Part shown: positions 46,950-56,313 of the stretch, piece by piece | Layout: the number at the start of each line of letters is the position of its first letter | How positions within the stretch are numbered: position 1 is the first letter of the stretch | IMG/VR virus record: IMGVR_UViG_3300028800_000057 | Length of the DNA stretch: 64,000 nt | Direction: 5' to 3' (one strand) | DNA from: a virus | Lineage: Duplodnaviria > Heunggongvirae > Uroviricota > Caudoviricetes | Position numbers and translations under genes: made by a program | The notes under the pieces: generated by a model | Told to the model about the DNA's origin: nothing | What the model saw: the letters and a program-made list of their open reading frames with translations, nothing else | The model's database searches: none

Positions 46950-47398
46950 GCGATGGCTAACTCCATTGGTAGTTGGTTGGCGTCACAGAGAGCTTGGACT
47001 CGCTCCGGGACCCCGCAGGTGATGTTCTTCATTGGATAGGTCGTGTACCCGAGTCCGATGTGGACACAGTGCACAGTGTTCGTTGGGTTAGGGTCAATAT
47101 GACTCATCAGCTCACCCCGTATGAATCCGTAGAACTGGGCTCGTCCTTGATTCGGTAGAACCCCTTGCCAGGTATCATAGAGGCTCTTCATGAGCTTCGT
47201 GATCCCATCCCTGACGTGACTCGGGTGTTGAGTGTTCACCGCCAGCTCGAAGAACTTGAAGCTGATTGTTGTTTCTCTGCGAAGTAAGAGGATATCGTGC
47301 CCATTCTCGCCTAGTAGTAAGAACGGAACCCCTGCATCCTTCTCGAGAACTGGGAACTCTCCTGTAAGTTGAACCCAAAATGCTGGAATACTAATCAT
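46946..47398 (-). CDS. Hypothetical protein
   Basis: 150-aa ORF. Confidence 0.35.
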   Translation of the reverse strand: MISIPAFWVQLTGEFPVLEKDAGVPFLLLGENGHDILLLRRETTISFKFFELAVNTQHPSHVRDGITKLMKSLYDTWQGVLPNQGRAQFYGFIRGELMSHIDPNPTNTVHCVHIGLGYTTYPMKNITCGVPERVQALCDANQLPMELAIA

Positions 47399-47635
47399 CT
47401 AGTCAACTACACCAGTTCCCCTAACAGGTTCTAGCCAAGTTGTCCCGCAGTCTTTACAACAATACCAGCGACGCCCAGGATATTCTGGGTCTAACACCCA
47501 ACGATTATCGTGGAACGCTCGGCATCGCAATCGATACATACTATCCTGCCACTTACGAAAGCGGATCACTGTATTGATGGTTGGGCCAAACCTAGCCGCT
47601 AACAATAACTCAAACCCTAACAGGTTCAGTCTCAT
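47399..47635 (-). CDS. Small Cys-containing protein
   Basis: 78 aa, CCKDCGTTW. Confidence 0.35.
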   Translation of the reverse strand: MRLNLLGFELLLAARFGPTINTVIRFRKWQDSMYRLRCRAFHDNRWVLDPEYPGRRWYCCKDCGTTWLEPVRGTGVVD

Positions 47636-48108
47636 CGATTGGGGGCCTCGCTACCGGGGTGTTGATCACAGTTGCCGTCATTGTTGTGGTCGCGCTCGCA
47701 ACAAGGGATGTTCTCTGGTTTGACTTCGACTTCCTTTGCAGCCTCCTCACAAGTAATAAACGGCCTTTCACACAAGAGTCCAATCAACTCCGTTAGAACG
47801 ATAGCATCAGGTATCGCAATCCCAAGTTTCTCCTGGACGTACCTCCAGTGAAGTAGTGCGGAGCTACAGATGACAACCATCGTTCGAATTGGAACTTGGT
47901 TCAAGTACGAAACTAGGACCCCATCACCCTCGCTACCTAACCCCAACCGATCCTTAACCTCTGGGGCGAACTCCTTCAGGTCGGTGAAGGATATGAGGTA
48001 CAACGACCCGTTTCCAGGTACATATTCGACAATTGTAGTCTCCCCATAACTACTCTCTCTTTTGACTCCGTCTCGAATCGACCCTTGCTTACGTAGTTCC
48101 AGGTTCAT
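47632..48108 (-). CDS. Hypothetical protein
   Basis: 158-aa ORF. Confidence 0.35.
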   Translation of the reverse strand: MNLELRKQGSIRDGVKRESSYGETTIVEYVPGNGSLYLISFTDLKEFAPEVKDRLGLGSEGDGVLVSYLNQVPIRTMVVICSSALLHWRYVQEKLGIAIPDAIVLTELIGLLCERPFITCEEAAKEVEVKPENIPCCERDHNNDGNCDQHPGSEAPNR

Positions 48109-48149
48109 TGGCGCAGGGTACCTTTATTATTGTTGTTATTCAATGGGTT

Positions 48150-48596
48150 CTATATGACCCACCCTCGTTCATACCTTGATATTCGTCGAGGTATTTCCTG
48201 AGGGCCCCAGTCAAAGGGCTTCTCTGGCTCACGAATCATGGACTCGAATTGAGGGACGACTTGCTTGTTTGTGTAGAACAACCCATATCGAACGAGAGAC
48301 CCAGGCCTCTCGTACCAGGTCACGAGGTTCATGACCCCATCAACGATACCGAAACCAAACCAGTTTTTGGAGATGAGCCTGGCACCTCCGGCCTTAGCCA
48401 GTTCCTCGATGGTATTGATGGTGGCCTGCTGTAGGTGGACAGTAACAAGATGATCGCCACAATCATCTGCTGAATAGGGTGCTAGTAGATGATCTATGCC
48501 GCAAAACACGTACCCTTTACATCCGCTGGTAAGCCTAAAGTAGACTTGGTCCTCCTCTTGGTGAAGATCATGCCATAGAGTAGTAATTGCCATCAA
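48150..48596 (-). CDS. Hypothetical protein with C-terminal RYERGWVI tag
   Basis: Ends ISRYERGWVI*. Confidence 0.5.
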   Translation of the reverse strand: MMAITTLWHDLHQEEDQVYFRLTSGCKGYVFCGIDHLLAPYSADDCGDHLVTVHLQQATINTIEELAKAGGARLISKNWFGFGIVDGVMNLVTWYERPGSLVRYGLFYTNKQVVPQFESMIREPEKPFDWGPQEIPRRISRYERGWVI

Positions 48597-48946
48597 ATCA
48601 CCGGTTTACGTTCGTATCTAGTGGGTATTGATGCCTTGTCAACTGCCTTGGCAAATCGTTCTCTGAACTCTGAGTTTGATCCTAGTGCATGCTCCAAGTC
48701 CATTGCATACTTCCAGTGCTCGTCACAGAGAGGGATCGGTTGACCCTCCTTATCGGGATCTTCCAGGTGATGGGTCACCGGCTTTGAGCAGGGTTTGAAT
48801 AGGCCTGCACAGACTTCAGGTTCATCCGCCATCGCCCACCCCATCAGATTCTGATAATCCTTCATCCTCATTAACCGCTGATGGAACCCCTTGCCCAGGA
48901 TGAGAGAGTTGCAAACCATTCGGACAGAGCCTCTGAATGGTTTCAA
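48593..48946 (-). CDS. Hypothetical protein with C-terminal RYERKPVI tag
   Basis: Ends IPTRYERKPVI*; stop overlaps the next ATG (GTGATTTGATGG). Confidence 0.5.
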   Translation of the reverse strand: MKPFRGSVRMVCNSLILGKGFHQRLMRMKDYQNLMGWAMADEPEVCAGLFKPCSKPVTHHLEDPDKEGQPIPLCDEHWKYAMDLEHALGSNSEFRERFAKAVDKASIPTRYERKPVI

Positions 48947-49122
48947 ACCATCCGTAGATCATCAGGTTCTCCACCCACGTGACCAAGTCCTGGAAACTAA
49001 GGACATCATCACCTACCCCGGTACAGGGGCATCATTTGTGATATCAAATATGTCAATCCACGGGTTAAATGCTGTATCCGTTGTGGCAGAGGCTGGTAAT
49101 ACTGACACTTACTCCCTGAGAG

Positions 49123-49737
49123 TTGAGTGAATGTTGGTGTAAATACACCAACATGCGCTCACCAACTAGAAGAATACCAAAAACTCCACTACCACTGGAC
49201 GAACGTCTTGCTCTCATCGACTTGGACGGTACTCTGGCTGACTACGACACCAAGATGCGCAGGGAGCTGGCCAAGCTTGTTGCACCGGGGGAGACTGGTG
49301 TGCAAGGGGAGTACCTGGAGAACCGGCGTAAGCTGGTCAGGAGTCAGCCTGGGTTCTACTTGAACCTGAAGCCCCTCAAGCGAGGGTTCGAAGTACTGAA
49401 CGTGGTCCGGAGGATAGGCTTCGACCTCGTGGTGCTCACGAAGGCATCAGTCAAAGTTCCCAACTCATGGTCCGAAAAGGTGTCCTGGGCACAGAAGCAT
49501 CTGTCTGATGCTTCAATTACGATCTCGCAGACCAAGGAGATCGTCTATGGTCGGGTCCTCGTTGACGATTGGCCTGAGTACTACGAGGCCTGGCTTCAGC
49601 GCAGACCAAGAGGGCTTGTGATTGCCGTGGCCCACCCTCACAACGACAAGCCCACCAACGACCCGCGCATCATCCGCTATGACGGAACCAATCTAGCGCA
49701 GGTCGAGGAAGCCTTACTCAAAGCGTACAACCGGTGA
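49123..49737 (+). CDS. HAD-superfamily 5'(3')-deoxyribonucleotidase-like phosphatase
   Basis: HAD motif I in IDLDGTLADYD, which resembles the NT5C-type DMDGVLADF. Confidence 0.55.
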   Translation: MSECWCKYTNMRSPTRRIPKTPLPLDERLALIDLDGTLADYDTKMRRELAKLVAPGETGVQGEYLENRRKLVRSQPGFYLNLKPLKRGFEVLNVVRRIGFDLVVLTKASVKVPNSWSEKVSWAQKHLSDASITISQTKEIVYGRVLVDDWPEYYEAWLQRRPRGLVIAVAHPHNDKPTNDPRIIRYDGTNLAQVEEALLKAYNR

Positions 49738-50837
49738 TTGAGTACCTAGCCACCCTGGGCGCGGGTCTCTTCTTGGAGGGGACTGCAGTATTCTGGACTC
49801 ATTACTCAGAACGAGGGAACGCGGCCATTGCTGCCTTGTTCTCCGGAGTTCAGGCCATCGCTCTGGTGTTCGGGGTTGGAGAGTCAGTACACGACCCAAA
49901 GCATGCCCCTTTCTTCGTGTTAGGGTATGCAAGTGGGTCGTACTTGGCCATCAAGATCAAGGGTAGGATTAAGGCTTAGCGTCGTCAGTGACATTCTGGT
50001 CGAGGGCTGGCTCTGGGATATCTCCGACTACCTTGTTGGACATCCATGGTTTTAGGTGCCACTCACTCCTATATAGTCAAGACTAGAAATCCCCCGCCCT
50101 CGGGTGTCGATTTCTAAGATTCACAGAACTTCCCAGTCATCGGCGAAGCGGTCTTCATCGCTGAGGGTCAAGCGCATGTTGTTTTCAACTGATGTGTAAT
50201 TCCCGAACTGGTCTGCCATCACCCAGCCGCCCCCGCGACGACGGGCTAACCTGCCCGCCCTGAGATATGGGATAACCTGTGAGAAGTTCATTCTATGCTC
50301 TTTGCCGCGTACTCTAGAGATTGCGAGGCAGCCCAAGGCGTTGTTCCTCCAGATTGGCCAGGCCGAAGCCTGCTTTCAACCGGGTGAACTACTTCCCAGT
50401 CGACGATCAATTATCCGAAAGAGTTCGTTCAATCCTTATTGATCCTGGGGTTGGTGCGGACGACGTACCGCTTGTCGTTTTGCCAGTTAGGAGGCCGCCT
50501 TGGGCCCTCTGCCCCTTAGGTACACCGGGTGGCGCCAGTGGTCAACGAAAAGTTGGACCTGTCACTCAAATCGAGGTATCGTCGGCCCCATGCCTTGTGA
50601 AAAGTTTGACCCCAAGTGTACAGGATGTCGCCCAGCAATCATGGATCCACTCACCGGTAAAGTCCTAGATGAGAATGACCCCGTGATGAAGGCCCTGAAC
50701 GAGGTATGGGATTCCTCACCTCTTGAAGAGCAGGAAGCCTATTGGAGAGTTATGGTCAAGAACAGTAGAGATCTCAATGACATACGGTTGATGAGATCCA
50801 TAACGTCTAGGCTAGAATCTAGGGTTCACCTGAACTA

Positions 50838-50866
50838 GGGTTGATAGGTACCTAGTTCAGCAGCGG
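50838..50866. repeat. 29-bp direct repeat, copy 1 (GGGTTGATAGGTACCTAGTTCAGCAGCGG), containing the 10-bp palindrome TAGGTACCTA
   Basis: Read directly; copy 2 at 50907-50935 is identical. Confidence 0.6.
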
Positions 50867-50876
50867 TTATGGCGAT

Positions 50877-51251
50877 TCAGAAGCCCACTTTTTTACGATA
50901 TGAGACGGGTTGATAGGTACCTAGTTCAGCAGCGGATATGACTGGGATTCCTGGCTCTCTCGCCAGATCAATCTCCTTTCTGACCCCGGAGGATGTCCCC
51001 CACCCGGGAACCAGTACCAGAACATCGCACGTCCTTAGGATGGCAAGAGCAGCTTCTAGCCAGAAGTCGTAATCCTGCAGTTCTGCGTATGAATGCCAGT
51101 AGACATTTGGGCACTGGGGTACCCATCCGGCTTTGATAACGTCCTCGATGACACACCTTGCCTTTGAGACGTTGATCTCTACTTCAGAGATACTACCCCC
51201 GCTGTAGGCACCGGAGATGAATGCTTTGCCCTTGATCTTCATACTAGGCAC
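50877..51251 (-). CDS. Nucleoside 2-deoxyribosyltransferase-fold (DUF4406-like) protein
   Basis: KIKGKAFISGAYSG...DVLVLVPGWGTSSGVRKEIDLAREPGIPV matches the DUF4406 and N-deoxyribosyltransferase fold pattern (IYIAGPM...W.S.G...E...A...G.PV). Confidence 0.45.
   Translation of the reverse strand: MPSMKIKGKAFISGAYSGGSISEVEINVSKARCVIEDVIKAGWVPQCPNVYWHSYAELQDYDFWLEAALAILRTCDVLVLVPGWGTSSGVRKEIDLAREPGIPVISAAELGTYQPVSYRKKVGF
50907..50935. repeat. 29-bp direct repeat, copy 2
   Basis: Identical to 50838-50866; overlaps the 3' end of CDS 50877-51251. Confidence 0.6.
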
Positions 51252-51642
51252 TGCCCACGGTTACCTTTGAGCCGAATACTCGATCCCAACCAGACCGATA
51301 CTCGTTGCTTGCTACCATTGCTGGACCATGGGTAGAGGATTCAATCTCTTCAGAGGCTGAGGCTTGCTCTTGGTTGGGGTTGTAGATCGATTTGACCTTG
51401 AAGTCCCCCACCTGGGCATCGTACTGGATTGAGAGCATCTCAGCCCCATTGAGGGGAACCCCTTGCTTCAGGGGTTTGACCCATCCGTTGGTGATGCTGT
51501 GGTCTGGGTGGTGACGGACGCAAGGGCGAATCTCGCCGGCTCCCACATCGGGTCCTATTATCAGTCGGTCGCCTTTCAACTTGCATTCATCCTTGGCCAT
51601 TCGAGTAACTACGGTGTCAGGGAGAGCCCTCAAAGTCAACAC
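51244..51642 (-). CDS. Hypothetical protein
   Basis: 132-aa ORF. Confidence 0.35.
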   Translation of the reverse strand: MLTLRALPDTVVTRMAKDECKLKGDRLIIGPDVGAGEIRPCVRHHPDHSITNGWVKPLKQGVPLNGAEMLSIQYDAQVGDFKVKSIYNPNQEQASASEEIESSTHGPAMVASNEYRSGWDRVFGSKVTVGSA

Positions 51643-51919
51643 CTTTAGATGGCCTTTGCGTCAGGAGTGACACAAAATTGTACTGAAAGTATGATACTTA
51701 GTTCGAGGGTTATAGCACCCATTGGTTACCCTAAGTTGATAAACAGGCATTTCCGATGCTGTAAATCGACAAGTCAAGAAGAAAATATGTTGCTCTGCTC
51801 CTAGTACTAGTTTAGTGATTGGTATCCCGGATGAATCATAACTCGGGCACAACCTGTTCTCGTCACGTCAGATAATTTTTTGAGAGTAGCAATATAAACA
51901 GCAATGGTTTCAAGGTATT

Positions 51920-52423
51920 ATGAACATACATGAGCTAAAAGATACTGTGGATGCGTTGATTCACCTCAGGTGCTTGAAAAGGCCGAGGGCCAGAAGACAA
52001 TTACACACCGAGACGGCTATCATGTTGTTGAGCCAGACGGTGCAGGATAACGGATACGACCCAGGGGACACAGAGGATGACGCCAAGAAGCTCAAGTTAT
52101 CGCTTCTGGACTCGGTACCTTCACAGAGCGGATTCCACTTACTCTACCGACAGCTTGATGTTGTTCTGGAGCAAACCGCAAAGATTACAGGTACTTTCGA
52201 CTTGTTCAGAGAGCTGCAGAGGTTCTGTAGTTTCTGTTCAAAGATGAAAGGGCATGGGATCTCTCAGGATCCCATGGGTATGTCGATCTATAATTGGTGC
52301 CGAGAGGGCCAGCGCTACCCGGCAACGACCCTAGATGGCGCTTCAAAGCTGTACTTACAATGGGTTATCGACTCCTACGGTCAAGTTGATGACTCCTCGT
52401 TAGTAGGTTTCAAAACAGCGTAG
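51920..52423 (+). CDS. Hypothetical protein
   Basis: 167-aa ORF after a 260-bp AT-rich ORF-free region. Confidence 0.4.
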   Translation: MNIHELKDTVDALIHLRCLKRPRARRQLHTETAIMLLSQTVQDNGYDPGDTEDDAKKLKLSLLDSVPSQSGFHLLYRQLDVVLEQTAKITGTFDLFRELQRFCSFCSKMKGHGISQDPMGMSIYNWCREGQRYPATTLDGASKLYLQWVIDSYGQVDDSSLVGFKTA

Positions 52424-52459
52424 TATTGTGGATCTATTTCATGCTACTGTTTAGGTACC

Positions 52460-52825
52460 ATGAAGAAACTACTATGCTTGGTCCTACTCTCAGTTGGTTG
52501 TAGTGGTGCATCACCTGATAAGACTCAACCAGAACCTCAGACTCCCGCCTCTACCGTAGTCAGTATATCAGCTGGCTACGACTGCGAAACTCGGGCTACT
52601 CCAACCGCATCCGCCTATATGTCGGATGGGTCTTTCCAGTCCGTCAAGTTATACCCACCAACAGGAGATGGCTCAAGTGTCCCCTGTGCTGATGGTTTCA
52701 TTGTCAACAGTCTCGTAGATTGCAATGGAACCAAAGTAGTCTACTTCTGCGCCCCAGCGGACTTCGCGTGTACCTACTTCACTTCTGATGGGTTTAGCTC
52801 TCAAGAACTCTGTAAAGCTGGTTGA
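52460..52825 (+). CDS. Predicted lipoprotein
   Basis: Lipobox-like MKKLLCLVLLSVGCSG. Confidence 0.4.
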   Translation: MKKLLCLVLLSVGCSGASPDKTQPEPQTPASTVVSISAGYDCETRATPTASAYMSDGSFQSVKLYPPTGDGSSVPCADGFIVNSLVDCNGTKVVYFCAPADFACTYFTSDGFSSQELCKAG

Positions 52826-52861
52826 AGTCAGAACTATACCGGTGTAGACTGACAAGCTACT

Positions 52862-53803
52862 ATGGAAAAGTACCCTTCAATCGTCGAACTAGCCAAGTGT
52901 CCTGAGATATTCCACGTTAAGCAAGTGATAGCCTGCGAAAAAGTGCATGGAGGCAACTTTCGTTTGTTTTTCCCTCTCGGTATGAAGAGTATTGAGGAGA
53001 TAGGGTACGGATCGCGCGACGTCGAGTATGGGGTTGGGGATCAGAAGTTCCCTCTTGGGTCGATGCTCAACAGGTTCAAGGCTCTACCTGAAGTGTTGAA
53101 CCGTATGTTCGAGGTTCTCATGGTCTCGTACGGGTTCTCAGAAGTCACTGTCTTTGGGGAAGCTCACGGACCAGGTATCAAAGCCAAAGGGGTCAGGTAC
53201 AGCAATGGCCAGGAGCCTCTATTCCGAGCCTTCGATATCATGGTGGCTCAGAACTTCGTCACCTACGATCTGTTCTGTGAGATATGTGACAAGATTGGAC
53301 TTCCAAGAGTACCTGAAGTCTGGCGCGGGGAGCCAACCCAAGATAACTTCGATTCCCTACTCGAAAGGCCTAGTACTGTCGGTAAGCTTAATGGGTTTGG
53401 CGATGACAACATTGCTGAAGGGGTGGTCCTTCGTTCGAATCCTCTCTTCAGGAACGTGTTTGGGGAGTGGCTCATCTGCAAGCACAAGTGCGCAAAGTTT
53501 GCCGAGGTGGCTACAGCCGCTGTCCAGAAGATCCCACGGGGGCCGACGGCAGCCGACGACTTTGCAGCCAGGTATGTCACTGAAGGTAGGGTTACCAACG
53601 CCATCGGGAGACTCAATGACTCTGGTGTGGAGCTTACCAACAGCATGAAGGACATGCCTACAGTCCTGGGAGCGGTCTGCGCCGACCTAGCCAAGGACTG
53701 TACTGTGGAGATGACGGAACTTGGACTCTCTGAAGTATCCGTCAAGGGGAATGTATCTCGGGTATTAGGCCCAATGTACAGAGAAATGCTAACCCGAGAG
53801 TGA
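52862..53803 (+). CDS. RNA ligase, Rnl2 family
   Basis: Nucleotidyltransferase motif I in CEKVHGGNFRLF (compare T4 Rnl2 REKIHGTNFSL); 313 aa, similar to T4 Rnl2 at about 334 aa. Confidence 0.65.
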   Translation: MEKYPSIVELAKCPEIFHVKQVIACEKVHGGNFRLFFPLGMKSIEEIGYGSRDVEYGVGDQKFPLGSMLNRFKALPEVLNRMFEVLMVSYGFSEVTVFGEAHGPGIKAKGVRYSNGQEPLFRAFDIMVAQNFVTYDLFCEICDKIGLPRVPEVWRGEPTQDNFDSLLERPSTVGKLNGFGDDNIAEGVVLRSNPLFRNVFGEWLICKHKCAKFAEVATAAVQKIPRGPTAADDFAARYVTEGRVTNAIGRLNDSGVELTNSMKDMPTVLGAVCADLAKDCTVEMTELGLSEVSVKGNVSRVLGPMYREMLTRE

Positions 53804-54056
53804 TCACAAGATCAGGTCTTGTTCAGTACCATCCGGGAGCTTCAGAACCAGTTTCCCGCCATTGGCTACCAGAAGCAGAAGAGACTCGTACACTGAAGTC
53901 GATCGTCGGATAACCTAGGTAACACTATCGGCTTCGGTGAGGTCCCTCATACGGTCCAACCGTATTCGTACCCTCTCGAGAACTTCGATAGTCAGACGGA
54001 CCCGTGGTTCGGTACTAGCGGGTCTAGGCATATCGACACCCAATCTAAAATTCTGG

Positions 54057-54085
54057 TTGAGATCTGGACGGGCTCGCGCGTAATA
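54057..54085 (+). promoter_or_regulatory. Conserved phage promoter (TTGAGA-N17-GTAATA) upstream of 54127
   Basis: Includes the CTCGCGC element; this copy has a leader (about 35 nt) and the SD AGAGGGT before ATG 54127. Confidence 0.5.
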
Positions 54086-54126
54086 TGGATCAATCCAGGG
54101 AATAAGGGTTGAAAGAGGGTATATTT

Positions 54127-54420
54127 ATGCAAACTAGTCAAGTAGTACCATCATGCAACGAGCTGAGTTTGTCAAGCGTTCTAAAGACTCGTACACTACA
54201 TACCGACTTGCTCTACCGCTTACTCAATGCTCGCCTCTCGGCTAAGAGGGAGATGGATAACGACATTCTGAGGTGGAAGCTACAGCAGTTGGAGCTGTTG
54301 TACACTGACACCATCGGGAAGATGCCCCCACAGTCACTGGCTGGGCTCTACACCCTGATTGCTATTAGCGGGGGTAACAACTCAAGCGTAGAAAGAGACA
54401 TTCTCACTCTGAAGCTCTAA
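54127..54420 (+). CDS. Hypothetical protein
   Basis: ATG with an SD; the track extends the ORF to an in-frame TTG at 54109. Confidence 0.4.
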   Translation: MQTSQVVPSCNELSLSSVLKTRTLHTDLLYRLLNARLSAKREMDNDILRWKLQQLELLYTDTIGKMPPQSLAGLYTLIAISGGNNSSVERDILTLKL

Positions 54421-54560
54421 CCAAAGAAGGTCCAATGTTCAAGCATTTATTACAACTCATCAAGCAAAACTACCAACTCACGGAGAGTCGAGCACACATC
54501 AGACACATTGCTGACGTCGAGATCTACCTCAACCCACTAGGCTAACCCCTAGGGGTAATA

Positions 54561-54603
54561 CAGAAGAAGGTGCCGTGGCTAAGAACCGCGGCACCTTCTT
54601 CTG
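54561..54603. terminator. Perfect 15-bp inverted repeat hairpin (CAGAAGAAGGTGCCG / 13-nt loop / CGGCACCTTCTTCTG) between convergent genes
   Basis: Read directly; a bidirectional terminator candidate. Confidence 0.55.
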
Positions 54604-54638
54604 TATTAAAGGCAGATTCTAGTTGAGACTAACCCTGG

Positions 54639-55451
54639 TCACAGATCTATGTCCTGCAGAGCTTGCTCAAATATGTTCTCGATAACATGCCCCTGTCCGC
54701 GCTTCACCATCTTCCAGGTACCATCCTCGCCCATGCCCCACGTGTTCGTAGTCTCGTGAAACATAGTTGGGTTGGCCTGCAGTAGAAACATCTGAGCCAG
54801 CATCTGGTCATGTTTCGGGATGAAGCCCCTGCACACAATGCAGTACATGAACATCTTCTTGCCGTCCTCTATTCGGAACACATTGTGGTGTCCACTACTT
54901 GTGATGAGGTACTGGTAACCATCCGCGCCAATGACCGTGAAGTCTCCGGTGGTCTCGAACTCAACCCGTTGCTCCTCACTGAGGTACTCAGTCAAGATAG
55001 CCAGAGCTTTGGCTGCAGCCTTTTTTCGTTTATCTTCAGCTATCCTGTTTCTTTCGATACGTGCCCGCCGTTGCTCCTCAGCGCGAATACGCCAAGCTTC
55101 GAGATCTGGGGTATCCCGATCGAAGTCTTTACCGGCCAGCATAAGACAGGTCTGCTCGATTGCTGGGGTAGGATCTCGCCCTTCGAGGTTAGTCCCCACT
55201 TGGACCCCCTCGATGAAGGCCAGGCCCCCGATGATGAGTACCCCTTGATGACGGTCTTGGACTCGCTCACCGTTGTAATCGTCCCACTGGACGTTACCCT
55301 CAATAGTGTAGGCCGAGCTGATAACTACTAGCAGTGTCCCCTCGATATCAAATGGTCCATGCCCCGTTCGATGAAGGTCGATGATCGGAAGGCCCTGCTC
55401 CCCAATATGATACCCTGTCTCAATGAGCTCCAACTGTCGAAGGCGATTCAT
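54639..55451 (-). CDS. Hypothetical protein
   Basis: 270-aa ORF. Confidence 0.45.
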   Translation of the reverse strand: MNRLRQLELIETGYHIGEQGLPIIDLHRTGHGPFDIEGTLLVVISSAYTIEGNVQWDDYNGERVQDRHQGVLIIGGLAFIEGVQVGTNLEGRDPTPAIEQTCLMLAGKDFDRDTPDLEAWRIRAEEQRRARIERNRIAEDKRKKAAAKALAILTEYLSEEQRVEFETTGDFTVIGADGYQYLITSSGHHNVFRIEDGKKMFMYCIVCRGFIPKHDQMLAQMFLLQANPTMFHETTNTWGMGEDGTWKMVKRGQGHVIENIFEQALQDIDL

Positions 55452-55655
55452 CAGCTCGTCGACGAACAGAGTGAGAGGCTCATCTACCTCCAGGCTGAGG
55501 ATGGTCTTATGTTCCCTCTGGATACTCCCTCGAATATCCCAATGGCCCCCATGCTCCTCACCGGCGGTCCCACGCCACTGATACGAGCGCTCTACCCCAA
55601 ACTCAAAGAGAGGAAGCTCTCCTGGTTCTAAGCAGTGGATGTAGAGATGAATGGA

Positions 55656-56084
55656 TCACCTCGATGCGAAGTGAGGACACTCTCGCTCGGGATCTACCTT
55701 AGGAGCAGTCTTGACCACTGGAGTCTCAGTACATCCCTCGGGTCGAACATCATCACCCTGAGGGATGTACGGGGTCCCTAGACAGGCAACTGATCCACAG
55801 GTGCAATTCATGTGGTGAAGCTCACCCTTCAGGCCCTCGCGCTTGACTATCGAGTTGAGCCTCGCCTCTTCCCATCGGATCTGACGCATGCGCCATTGAG
55901 GGAGGAATACGCGACCACCCTTCTGGATGTGGTCGGACACTCGATTGTTCATGGTTCGGAATCGTAACATGGAGTCAACCGCCTTGCATTGCTGGGGTGA
56001 CAACATAGTTGGCCCCTGGCTCGAATTCAGTAACCATTTCTGGAGCCGTGTAGATGTACTTGCCAGCCTTTGGATCAAACTCAC
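55656..56084 (-). CDS. Hypothetical Cys-containing protein
   Basis: 142-aa ORF. Confidence 0.35.
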   Translation of the reverse strand: MSLIQRLASTSTRLQKWLLNSSQGPTMLSPQQCKAVDSMLRFRTMNNRVSDHIQKGGRVFLPQWRMRQIRWEEARLNSIVKREGLKGELHHMNCTCGSVACLGTPYIPQGDDVRPEGCTETPVVKTAPKVDPERECPHFASR

Positions 56085-56313
56085 CAGTTATAGGTTTCTT
56101 CTGTTTTCCACCAAGTCGATTGACTTTGAAGGCGAGGAATCCTTTTGCCCTCAACGAGTCAAAGTGCTCCTTGGCCGCGTCACACTCGGCCTTGTTCTTC
56201 CGGTCCCATGAATAGGTAGAGTCCCCTTCATGGTTCAAGTGCGCAATAGTCCCAAGATCTGACTCGGAGTCTACAAATATACTCAGGTGGGCACCCATGA
56301 CTGCTTCATCCAT
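55975..56313 (-). CDS. Hypothetical protein
   Basis: 112-aa ORF; overlaps the previous gene, so one of the two starts is probably wrong. Confidence 0.3.
   Translation of the reverse strand: MDEAVMGAHLSIFVDSESDLGTIAHLNHEGDSTYSWDRKNKAECDAAKEHFDSLRAKGFLAFKVNRLGGKQKKPITGEFDPKAGKYIYTAPEMVTEFEPGANYVVTPAMQGG

Noticed and set aside
54621-54630. TAGTTGAGA -35-like element with no GTAATA partner
   Set aside because: There is no -10 element at 16 to 17 nt and no downstream plus-strand start. Probably a chance occurrence inside the 3' end of gene 54639-55451.
54639-55451. Calcineurin-like metallophosphatase call for the 270-aa minus-strand protein
   Set aside because: Only a vague DLH and GG resemblance. 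The order and spacing of the GDxHG, GDxxDRG and GNHE motifs do not fit. Left as hypothetical.
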